Shown: positions 47,573-59,000 of the stretch, in pieces
Position numbering within the stretch: position 1 is the first letter of the stretch
How the letters are laid out: the number at the start of each line of letters is the position of its first letter
Source: Hemiscyllium ocellatum
Taxonomy: Eukaryota
Direction: 5' to 3'
NCBI RefSeq assembly: GCF_020745735.1
Contig: NC_083409.1
Span: 11,339,052-11,403,051, forward strand
DNA length: 64,000 nucleotides
Translations under genes and position numbers: made by a program
Notes under the pieces: generated by a model
The model's database searches: none
What the model was told of the DNA's origin: nothing
What the model saw: only the letters and a program-made list of their open reading frames with translations

Positions 47573-49831
47573 TTATCGCCAACTGCCGCCGTGACATCAA
47601 CCGACTCAACCTGTCCACCCCTCTCACCCACTCCAACCTCTCACCCTCAGAACGTGCAGCCCTCCACTCCCTCCGCTCCAATCCCAACCTCACCATCAAA
47701 CCCGCAGACAAGGGAGGCGCGGTGGTAGTTTGGCGCACTGACCTGGACACCGCTGAAGCCAAACGCCAGCTCGCGGACGCCTCCTCTTATCGCCCCCTTG
47801 ACCACGACCCCACCTCCCACCACCAAACCATCATCTTCCAGACCATCCAGGACCTCATCACCTCAGGGGATCTCCCATCCACCGCCTCCAACCTCATAGT
47901 CCCACAACCCCGCACCGCCCGTTTCTACCTCCTGCCCAAAATCCACAAACCTGCCTGCCCCGGCCGACCCATTGTCTCAGCCTGCTCCTGCCCCACCGAA
48001 CTCATCTCCCAATACCTCGACACGGTCCTGTCCCCTTTAGTCCAAGAACTCCCCACCTACGTTCGGGACACCACCCACGCCCTCCACCTCCTCCAGGATT
48101 TTCGCTTCCCCGGTCCCCAACGCCTTATTTTCACTATGGACATCCAGTCCCTGTACACCTCCATCCCCCATCACGAAGGACTCAAAGCCCTCCGCTACTT
48201 CCTTTCCCGCCGCACCAACCAGTACCCTTCCACTGACACCCTCCTTCGACTGACTGAACTGGTCCTCACCCTGAATAACTTCTCCTTTCAATCCTCCCAC
48301 TTCCTCCAAACTAAAGGAGTTGCCATGGGCACCCGCATGGGCCCCAGCTATGCCTGCATCTTCGTAGGATATGTGGAACAGTCCATCTTCCGCAACTACA
48401 CTGGCACCACCCCCCACCTTTTCCTCCGCTACATCGATGACTGTATCGGCGCTGCCTCGTGCTCCCACGAGGAGGTTGAACAGTTCATCAACTTTACTAA
48501 CACCTTCCATCCCGACCTGAAATTCACCTGGACTGTCTCAGACTCCTCCCTCCCCTTCCTAGATCTTTCCATTTCTATCTCGGGCGACCGACTCAACACA
48601 GACATCTATTATAAACCGACTGACTCCCACAGCTACCTGGACTACACCTCCTCCCACCCTGCCCCCTGTAAAAACGCCATCCCATATTCCCAATTCCTTC
48701 GTCTCCGCCGCATCTGCTCCCAGGAGGACCAATTCCAACACCGCACAGCCCAGATGGCCTCCTTCTTCAAGGACCGCAGATTCCCCCCAGACGTGATCGA
48801 CGATGCCCTCCACCACATCTCCTCCACTTCCCGCTCCTCCGCCCTTGAGCCCCACTCCTCCAACCGCCACCAAGACAGAACCCCACTGGTTCTCACCTAC
48901 CACCCCACCAACCTGCGCATACAACGTATCATCCGCCGCCATTTCCGCCACCTCCAAACGGACCCCACCACCAAGGATATATTTCCCTCCCCTCCCCTAT
49001 CAGCGTTCCGCAAGGACCACTCCCTTCGTGACTCCCTTGTCAGATCCACACCCCCCACCAACCCAACCTCCACCCCCGGCACCTTCCCCTGCAACCGCAG
49101 GAAATGTAAAACTTGCGCCCACACCTCCACACTCACTTCCCTCCAAGGCCCCAAGGGATCCTTCCATATCCGCCACAAGTTCACCTGTACCTCCACACAC
49201 ATCATCTATTGCATCCGCTGCACCCGATGTGGCCTCCTCTATATTGGTGAGACAGGCCGCTTACTTGCGGAACGCTTCAGAGAACACCTCCGGGCCGCCT
49301 GAACCAACCAACCCAATCACCCCGTGGCTCAACACTTTAACTCCCTCTCCCACTCCACCGAGGACATGCAGGTCCTTGGACTCCTCCACCGGCAGAACAC
49401 AACTACACGACGGCTGGAGGAGGAGCGCCTCATCTTCCGCCTGGGAACCCTCCAACCACAAGGTATGAATTCAGATTTCTCCAGCTTCCTCATTTCCCCT
49501 CCCCCCACCTTGTCTCAGTCGGTTCCCTCAACTCAGCACCGCCCTCCTAACCTGCAATCCTCTTCCTGACCTCTCCGCCCCCACCCCACTCCGGCCTATC
49601 ACCCTCACCTTGACCTCCTTCCACCTATCCCACCTCCATCGCCCCTCCCCCCAGTCCCTCCTCCCTACCTTTTATCTTAGCCTGCTTGGCTCTCTCTCTC
49701 TTATTCCTGATGAAGGGCTTATGCTCGAAACGTCGAATTCTCTATTCCTGAGATGCTGCCTGACCTGCTGTGCTTTGACCAGCAACACATTTGCAGCTGT
49801 GATCTCCAGCATCTGCAGACCTCATTTTTTA
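47573..49831 (+). mobile_element. Penelope-like retroelement (PLE), 5'-truncated and young: RT, C/H linker, GIY-YIG endonuclease and 3' terminal repeat
   Basis: Open frame 47573-49302 with GRPIVS, LIFTMDIQSLYTSIPH, KGVAMG, LRYIDD, PCNRRKCKTCAH and IIYCIRC..CGLLYIGETGR. A single in-frame TGA at 49300 is followed by the rest of the endonuclease in the same frame. Perfect TSD CTCATGAGGATCT at 47560-47572 and 49832-49844. Confidence 0.95.
49703..49738 (+). ncRNA. Minimal hammerhead ribozyme in the PLE terminal repeat
   Basis: ATTC-CTGATGA-A-GGGC TTAT GCTC-GAAACGTC-GAAT: conserved core, stem II, self-complementary ACGT stem III, stem I ATTC/GAAT. Predicted cleavage after C49734. Minimal hammerheads are an established feature of PLE terminal repeats. 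Confidence 0.85.
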
Positions 49832-50359
49832 CTCATGAGGATCTAACCGGCTCCATCTGTAGAAACGAGGAGAAACAGAGAGAGAGAGAGAGAACAGCTT
49901 TCGGACCAGGATACTTATCTCACCGCAATGAAAATGCCCTGCATGCTATGATATATCAAAACGAAGTACTTTGGTGTGACTTTTGATTGTCTCCAGATTA
50001 TGTCTTTTTCATTCTGTGATACACGGAGATAATGTCAGTATTGAGTATCACAAAGTATGTTTCCTCCATAAAACACTTTCCAACACAGTGTCTCCGTATT
50101 GTTTTACTCCCTGTTGACTCTTCCCTCACTCCGTCCCAGACCCAGAGGGATTGATGTCCGGAGTTCATGAACCCGCACTGTGTGGAGGTTGGTGTGAAGT
50201 GAGGCCAGTGTGTTGGAGCTTGGGCCCCTGCCTCAGGCCCAGGTGTAGGGACCTGTTCAACAATCTGCACATTGTCCTTTTCCTCTTTCTGAATGTACTG
50301 GATCAAGTTGCAGTAATGAGCTGGCAACAAGGTGCCTTGTCTAAAATGCTCCCAACATT

Positions 50360-51452
50360 GGATACAGAACTGGCTGAGTCAGAGGAGATAGAGGGCAGTG
50401 TTGGAAGGGTGGTTTTCAGAATGGAGGGCTGTGATTCCTGGTGTTCCACAGGGATCGGTGGTGGGAACTCTGCTGTATATGGTCTGCATTAATGATATGG
50501 AGGAAAGCGTATCTGGTCTAATTAATAAGTTTACGGTTAATACAAAGATTGGTAGAGTTACAGATAATGAGAAAGTATGTCAGAGGATACAGCAGGATGT
50601 AGATCAGTTGGTTGCATGGACAGAAAAATGGAAGATGTAGTTTAATCCAGGCAAATGTGAGGTGATGCATTTTGAAAGATGATGTACAGGTGGGAATTAT
50701 ACAGTGAATGGCAGAATCCTTTGGAGTATTGATATGCAGCGGGATCTGGGTGTGTATGTTCACAGATCACTGAAGGTGGCAGCACAGGGAGGTAAGGCAG
50801 TAAAAAAGGCTTATGGCCTGCTTGCCTTCATTGGAAGGGGCATTGAGTGTAAGGACAAACAAGTTACGTGCAGCTTTATCGAACTTTAGTACGGCCACAC
50901 TTGGAATATGGCATACAGTTCTGGTCACCACACTACCAGAAGGATGTGGATGCTTTGAAGATGGTGCAGAAAACGTTTATCAGGATATTGTCTGGTATGA
51001 AAGATTTTAGTTCTGAAGAAATGTTGGATAGACTGCGTTTGTTTTCACTGGAATGGGGGAAAATGAGGCATGACCCGATAGAAGTTTGTAAAGTTGTGAA
51101 CGGCATAGGTAGAGTGTAAAATATGAGGCGTTTATTTTCCAGTTTGGAGGGATCAATTATCAGAGAAGAGAGGTTCAAGGTGCAGAGGTGGGGGAATTTA
51201 AAAGAGATGTGGGAGGCATGTATTTCACACAGAGGGAGTTGAGTACCTGGAACACACTGCCAGAGGAGGGGGTGGAAGCAGACACAATAGAAATATTCAA
51301 GAAATACCTGCACTAATGCATGATTAGGAAGGGAATAGGGGGACATGAATCCTGTAGGTGAAGATAGTTTCAGTGAGGAAGGGCAAAATGTATCAGCACA
51401 GGCTGGGAGGGCCGAAGGGCCTGTTCCTGTGCTGTATTGTTCCTTGTTCTTT
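50360..51452 (+). mobile_element. CR1 3' fragment
   Basis: GVPQGSVVG, NKFTVNTK, LVRPHLEYGIQFWSPHY. Tail gtattgttccttgttctttg. Confidence 0.92.
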
Positions 51453-53096
51453 GGTCCCTGCTGTTGAATTGGATTCTCGGGAGCCAGCTCCGTATGAAGA
51501 GCCTGTTCTCATTCTTTTGTTGGAGTTCATGGTGCAGCTGCTGCTTCCTTGCTACGTCACTGATCAAACCAACAAATTGGGAAGCCTCTTGATATTTTAA
51601 ATACACTGTCTGCAGGAAAATGTTTGACCGAGGTTTTAATATTGTTTAATAAGGGAATGACATCAATACACCAGTGTTGTTTACGGCTGGGAACATTTAA
51701 TATCATGGTCTGAGAATTCAATGGATCCTCACTCGTGACAATACAGTTTTCAATGTTTCTCTCCCCTTACGTGTTATGAAGAAGTTTTCAAACGTGTTAT
51801 GATGAGGACAGTGCATCTTCAACACCGTGTGACGGAGTGGGTGGCTGTTTGAATTCTCACTTATGATAATACAGTTTTAAATGTGTCAGTGTTGCTTTCC
51901 CCACTCTCTGGGGGGAATCGCTGTAACTGTCTCCACCCCACCCTTCACTCTCGAGGTGATACCATTTTTAGCAACCTTTCTGTCTGAGAATGTCCCTGTT
52001 CCTGTTCCCCTCTCTCAGGGATGGGGTGGGTGTTTCACATGCACCTGGTTTGTTAGTTCCATTTACTGTCTTGTGAAATGGGTAATCCCTGTTTTACTCT
52101 GGTAACAGTGAGTTAAAACCCAGTAGAGTTCACCTTCATCTCCATCATATCTCAGAGCCTAAGGTTGGTCAGTACTGTCTGGCTCCAGAACAATCCCACC
52201 ACTTCCCATAGTTTTCCTTCTTTCCTATCTTTACTGAATACTTTGGATCCAGGAATTCCCAGTCCCGCCCGATCTCTGTTAGAGCCACAGCATCAGATTT
52301 CTACTTGGCAATCTGCATCTGTAACTCCCCAACACTATTATTGACCCATTTCAGTCTGTTTCCCATCAGTCAGGGTCCTTCATTGGCAAAGGCTGACTTT
52401 AAATAATCTCAGTGACTGTGGAGACCTGGTGAGGTTGGAAAAAATCAGAAGGATCAGTTGCCCCTTTTGTATTATGTACAGGACCCGGGACACAACAACG
52501 GGACCCCAGGGGGCCAGTTGTGCTCGGGTCTGGGACTGAGGAGCAAGAGCGGGGTCTGTAGTCTCTGATCGCTGTCCCTGATTTGTGGGTCCTCTCTGAT
52601 GGAGACCATTGACAAATCCATTGTCAAGATCGCCACCTCTTGGCCTGGAGAAGCAAGAACATGCAGTGCTCGTTGGAATAACCTGAAAGTGATCAGAGGA
52701 CAAGGTCAAAAATCATACGACACCAGGTTATAATCCAATAGGTTTATTATAAGACACAAGCCTCGCCCCTTATTCAGGTGCTCAAGGAGCAAACAAGGTG
52801 AATTTATTCAACAGAGAAAACAAACTCTGCTGTTCATTTCCTTCTCGGTTGACTCGGTTGAATATCACACACACACTCAGAGTGGCACCTACAGGCATCA
52901 TTATGTAGTATACTCGCACTCAGAGGAACACACAGCCTGCAGTGTTAGTGATTGGCCTAAGATCACTTCAGGTACAACACAGCATGCAGCAAAGAGTGCA
53001 GAGTGCAATCCCAGCATCTGAGACTGGACCACAGAGTGAAGAGGGAATGTCGAAGATTGTAATTATTGAGTCCTAACAGCTTTCTGTTTCTCGGTA

Positions 53097-54400
53097 AAAA
53101 CAAGGACTGCAGATGCTGGAAACCAGAGGGTAGATCAGAGTGGTGCTGGAAAAGCACAGCAGGTCAGGCAGCATCCATGGAGAAGGAAAATCAATGTTTC
53201 GGGCAAAATCCCTTCATCAGGAATAGAAGTAGGGTGGTGCAGAGTGGAGAGATAAATATGAGGGGGTTGGGGACAAAGTAGCATAGAGTATAATAGGTGA
53301 ATGGGGTGGGGACGGAGGTGATAGGTCAGAGAGGAGGGTGGAGTGGATAGGTGGAAAGGTAGATAAGCAGGTAGGACAGGTCATGAGGATGGTGCTGAGG
53401 CTGGAACGTTGAAGTTGGGGTGAGGTGTGGGAAGGTGAAATGAGGAAGCTGGTGAAATCCACATTGATGCCATGGGATTGAAGTGTTCGGAGGCGGAAGA
53501 TGAGGCGTTCTTCCTCCAGGCGTCGGGTGGTGAGGGAGCGGCGGTGGAGGAGGCCTAGGACTTGCATGTCCTCGACAAGGTGGGAGGGGGAGTTGAAATG
53601 TTGGGCCACAGGGCAGTGGGGTTGATTGGTGTGCTTGTCCCTGAGATGTTCCCTAAAGTACACTTCAAGGAGGCGTCCAGTCTCCCCAATATAGAGGAGA
53701 CTGCATCGGGTGCAACGGATACAATAAATGATATTGGTGGATGTGCAGATAAAAATTTGATGGATGTGGAAGGCTCTTTTGGGGCCTTAGATGGAGGTGA
53801 GGGAGGAGGTGGGGGGCGCAGGTTTTGCAATTCCTGCGGTGGCAGGGGAGGGTGTCAGGAAGGGAGGGTGGGTTGTTGGGGGACGTGGACCTGACCAGGT
53901 AGTCACGGATGGAATGGTCTTTGCGGAAAGCAGGAATGGGTGGGGAGGAAATATATCCCTGGTGGTGGAGTCCGTTTGGACGTGGCGGAAATGTCGTCGG
54001 ATGATGTGGTTTATGCGAAGGTTGGTAGGGTGGAAGGTGAGTACCAGGGGGATTCTGTCCTTGTTATGGTTGGAGGGGTGGGGTTTGAGAGCGGAGGGGT
54101 GGGATGTGGACGAGCTGCGTTGGAGCGCATCTTTGACCACGTGGGAAGAGAAATTGCAATCTCTAAATAAGGAGGCCATCTGGTGTGTTTTTTGGTGGAA
54201 CTGGTCCTCCTGGGAGCAGATATGGCGGAGGCGGAGAAATTGGGAATATGGGATGGCATTTTTGCAAGAGGTAGGTTGGGATGAGGTGTAATCCTCAGGG
54301 TCAGTAGATTTGTATAAAATGTCAGTGTCAAGTCGGTCATCATTAATGGAGATGGAGTGGTCCAGGAAGGTGAGGGAGGTGTCAGAGATGGTCCAGGTGG
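53097..54400 (-). mobile_element. Decayed Penelope-like element (RT C-terminal part, GIY-YIG, terminal repeat with a mutated hammerhead at about 53188-53224)
   Basis: Minus-strand ORFs CKNAIPYSQFLRLRHICSQEDQF and HCPVAQHFNSPSH...RRLEEERLIFRL parallel the 47.6-kb element, with frameshifts. Confidence 0.92.
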
Positions 54401-55164
54401 TCATTAATGGAAATCTGTTTGGAATCTTGTAACCTCAAATGATTCCAGATCAAAGGGATCATTTGAAAGTGATTGATGATTGGCTGTCAGTATCCTCTAC
54501 AATGGATGTGTCATTGATTGACAGGCCAATGAGCCAATTGTGACAATGCCATGCTGAAATGTAGCCAATCAGCTGAATGGAGTGGTCAATCTCCAAAGCG
54601 CACACAGAGACAGAGACTGAATCTTCTTCATCTTTATTCCCCTTTCCAGATTGACATTGACAGAAAACAGACTGCAATTAACAGCCCAGACAGAGGAAGC
54701 TGCACAAATTCACAGCCACAATGGAGCTTGAGGAAAACACTTGTGGAGGTTTTCTCAATAGCACGAGAATCCTGTCCCTTCAAACAGTGACAAAACCTTA
54801 AATTGGAACTGGCGGCTGAGCAGGAAGGAGATCTGGTTTACTGAAACAGAGACTTCTGAGGTTCACATTGTTTTGTACAGCTGACAGTCTTTAGCAACTT
54901 CAAGAGATTTTACTTGGCATCACAACTCAACTCTGTCCCAATCAAACATTCCCAGAACAGGGACAGCATGGGGTTTGACACAGTGTAAAGTTCTATCTAC
55001 AGTGTCCCAATGACCTGCCATAACCCCTGAACCTCAGAAATGTCTCTGATTCGGTCCTGAGAAGGAAGAGAGTTGAAATTCAGTTCTGACAATGACCTTT
55101 GTCCTGCCAGCTCAGCCCTGTTCTATTTAAAGTTGTGTCTCCTCTATGGACTGTCTTGAACACT

Positions 55165-55467
55165 CTACATGCATTCTGATCTCCTGATGCTCTTGCTGAG
55201 GGGAGAGGGGAGGGTCACGTGTGTGAGGCCAGTCAGACCCAGAGAGGGTCAGCAGGCTGCTGACACTGTAGGTGCTGTCTGAAGCTCGCAGGTAGTTGCT
55301 GGTCTGAACCCCGTCCAAAATGACTGCACCGTCCTTCTTCCACTGCACCTCCAGTTCATCGGGATAGAAGTGATTGGCAAGGCACTCCAGGGTGGCAGTG
55401 CCCTTGGCATTGACCTGCTCCGGGGAGGGAGGCAGCAGGGTCAGCTTGGGCTGAGAGCTTTCGCAGC
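55165..55467 (-). pseudogene. Immunoglobulin kappa-type light-chain constant exon, copy 2, frameshifted pseudogene
   Basis: Reverse complement reads tcttgtctttcag|GC TGC GAA AGC TCT CAG CCC AAG...DELEVQWKKDG...SGSDW. A 26-nt deletion relative to copy 1 then removes the second canonical Cys and shifts the frame. Confidence 0.92.
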
Positions 55468-55624
55468 CTGAAAGACAAGAGAAACAATTTTAATCCCTGT
55501 TATTTGAAGGGATTTTAACTCTCTGAACATTCACTGGCAAAACAATCCATTTGAACATTTGTCGCCAATACCTAACAAAGCCCAGAAATAAACAGGTATT
55601 GTTCAAATTGCTTCTTGGATGTGA

Positions 55625-55945
55625 GTGTCACTGCTAGGATCAGCATTCATTGCCCATCCCTAATCACCCAGAGGGCAGTTTAGAGTCAACCACATTGCTG
55701 TGGGTCTGGAGTCACATGGTAAGGATGGCAGGTTCCTTCCCTAAAGGACATCAGGGAATCAGATGGCTTTTTCCTGACAATCAACAATTGTTTCACTATC
55801 ATCATTCGACACTTAATTGTAGATTATTTTATTGAATTCACATTCCACCATCTGCTGCAGCAGGATTCTAACTCTGGCCCCCAGAACATTAATCTGGATC
55901 TCTGGATGAACAGCTCAGCAATAGTACCATTAAATCATCACCTCC
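55625..55945 (-). mobile_element. tRNA-head SINE whose 3' tail matches the L2-group LINE
   Basis: Tail gcattcattgcccatccctaat matches the LINE ends at 245, 4925 and 21590. Pol III-like head at about 55860-55945. Confidence 0.6.
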
Positions 55946-56039
55946 TTTATCTGATTTTTCGTTGCAAGTGAAAGCAAGAAGTTTGTTTCTGAGCAGGGTG
56001 ATTAGAAATAGAACAACTGAAAGACTCCCAGTTCAACCC

Positions 56040-59000
56040 AAAAAAGATTAGTTCCTTGAAAGTGGAGTTGCAGGTAGGTAGGGGGGTGACGAAGTCATTT
56101 GGCATGCTTTCCTTTATTGGGCAATGCATTGAGTATTGGAGTTGGGAGCTGATGCACCTGTATAGAACATTAGTTTGGCCCCTTTTGGAATACTGTGTGG
56201 AATTCTGGCCTCCCTGCTGTAGGAAAAATGTTGGGAACCTTGAAATGATTCAGAAAATATTTCCAAGGATGTGCCAAGTTGGAGGGTTGGAGCGATCGGG
56301 AGAGGCTGAATAGGCTGAGGCTATTTTCCCTGGATGGCTGGAGGCTGAGGAGGTGACCATATCGAGGTTTCTAACATAATGAGGGACATTGATCAAGTGA
56401 ATAGAGAAGATATTTTGGTCAGAGTGAAGGAGTCCAGAACTAGGGGGCATAGGTGGAAAGTATCAGGAGAATGATTTAAACGGGAACTAAGGCATAATGT
56501 TTTACTGCAGAGAGTGGTACATTTTTGGAATGAGCTGCCAGAGGAAGTGGTGGAGGCTGGTATGATAACATTTAAAAGGCATTTGGGTGAGTATATGAAT
56601 AGGAAGGGTTTGGAAGGATATGGGCCAAATACTGACAAATGGGACTAGATTAATTTAGGTTATCTGGTCGGCATTGCCGAGTTACACAGAAGGATCTATT
56701 TCTGTGCTGTACATCTCTCTGACACTATGACTCTATGTCTCTGTGGTTGACATGGATGAGTCAGATCGAAGAGTCTGTTTCCATGCTGTACATCTCCCTG
56801 ACTCTAATTGTGTTTCAATCAAGCCCTCGGCACCTCAGGCTCTCCCAAAGACAGTTACACTTTGCTTGAAAACCAGTCACTGTTGCAATTTCAGGAAAGG
56901 GGCAGCCAATTTCTGCACAGCAAGATCCCACTGGAAGCAATGACATCAAAGAGCAATAATGATGTTGGCTCAATGAATAATATTGGCCTGAACTCAACCC
57001 AAAGAGAAAGTAATTTGGTTCAGTTGAATGGAAACTGAGAAAATAGAAGATAAAGGAGAAGGTAGGATTGCTAGTTAGTGATGGGATTATTGTTACAAGT
57101 AAATTAAAGGAGGAGATGGAATTTTTGAACATCAAAGGAACCATAAAAATGCAGGGAAAATCAATAATAGATCAAACTTAAAGATTTTGTGTCTAAAGTG
57201 CACGAAGCATTCCGAGTCAGGGAGACAAAGTGATGCCCCAAATCGAGGTAAATTGAATTTCCAAATAATTTAAACTATTTAAAGTGGAGGAGGGCTCAGG
57301 AGAGGTTAGCAAAGCTTCTAGAAGATGTAATAGAACTGAGAACATGGAAGGGATCAGGAATCAAATGCCAAGCACAGCAGATAAGAGGACAATGATGAGA
57401 AGGAGGGCAGTCAATGTAGGACTGAGGGTGTTGTACTTAAATGCACAAGATATACACAATAAGCTTGTAGTACAGTCAGAAGGTGTAGAATCTGTGTGGG
57501 GAGTGTTGAGGAACCCAAGAAATAAAGAATCTGATGCAAGTTCAGGTCTCCAAGCAGTAAACAGGGTGTGGGGAAGGAAATCAATCAGGAGACAGAAAAG
57601 TCATAAAAAAAATGTCAGGGCAGACTTCAATGGAGAGGTGGATTGGGTAGCACGTCTCAACAAAAAGATTTCATGGAATGTCTATGAGATGGTTTTTGAA
57701 GCAGCTTGCGGTTTGGAACAGGCAGTTCTGGATTCAGTGATGTGTAATGAGGCAAACTTGGTCAGTGAGCTGAAGATGAAAGTGTCCCTCTGGATAAATG
57801 ACCATAATACGATAGAATTCCCCCTGCAGTTTGAGAGGGAGAAGCTGCAATCAGATGGAACAGTATTTCAGTTGAGTAAAGGGAACGACAAAGACGTGAG
57901 GAAGGAGCTGGCCAGAGTTGATTGGAAGGGGAGCTGAGCAGGTAAGATGGTGTGGCAGCAAACAGCAGGGTTTCTGGGGGTAATTCAAGAAGCAGAGTAG
58001 GAATTTATCCCTAAAAAGAAGAAACACACTAAGGGAAGGACAATGTAATCATGGCTGATGGGGGAGGTCAAGGACAGCATAAAAGCAAAAGAAAAAGCAC
58101 ACAATGTGGTGGAAAATAGTGGGAGGCCAGAGGATTAGGAAGTCTTTAAAAACCTGTAGAGGATAACAAAAAAAAACATTCAGGGTACAGAAGGTGAAAT
58201 GTGGGGGAAAGCGAGCCAGTAATATAAAAGAATATTGCAAGAATTTCATCAGATATATAAAAAGGAAGAGGGAGGCAGAAATAGACATTGGAAAAGGAAT
58301 AATAGGAAATGAAGAAAAAGCAGAGGAATTGAATACATACATTACATCAGTCTGCACAATGGAAAACACCAGCAGTGTCCCAGTACTTCAAGACTGTCAG
58401 GGGGCAGAGGTGAGTGCAGTGGCCATTACTCAGGAGGAGGTACTGGGGAAGCTGAAATGTCTGAGTGTGGATAACTCACCCAGACTAGATGAATTACACC
58501 AGTGTGTTCTGAAGGAGATCACCGAGGAGATTGTGGAGACATTTTTGATGATCTTTCAGGAATCAATGGAGTCAGGGAGTGGAGGTATTTTCTAAATGAG
58601 GAAAGCCTTTGGAAATCTAAAGCACAAACTTCATTCAGGATTTTCTTAAGGTTAACAGGCAGGTCCAGTTTGTGCTTGGGAAGGCAAATGAAATGTTCGC
58701 ATTCATTTCAATAGGGCCAGAATAGAAGAGCAGAGATGTACTGCTGAGGCTGTGTAAGGCTCTGGTCAGTCTGAATTTGGAATATTGTGAGCAGATTTAG
58801 GATCCATATTCTTTGAAACGATGTGCTGGCATTGGAGGGGTTTACAAGAATGATCCTGGGGATGGAGGGCTTGTCATATGAGGCACGGTTAAGGACTCTG
58901 TGTCTGTACTCAATGGAGTTTAGAAGGATGAGGAGGGATCTTATTGAAATTTGCAGAATACTGATAGACCTGGATAGGGTGGATGGGGAGAAGATGTTTC

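Larger units (their letters stand above)
38020..55628. repeat. Inverted segmental duplication: about 38020-39075 (+) versus about 54595-55628 (-)
   Basis: About 160 nt of upstream intron, the C exon and about 570 nt of 3' UTR align by eye as reverse complements, e.g. gactgtcagctgtacaaaacaatgtgaacctcagaagtctctgtttcagtaaaccagatctcc. Confidence 0.9.

Noticed and set aside
48037-49468. Several overlapping antisense and alternative-frame ORFs
   Set aside because: Shadows of the C-rich Penelope ORF, whose biased composition avoids stops.
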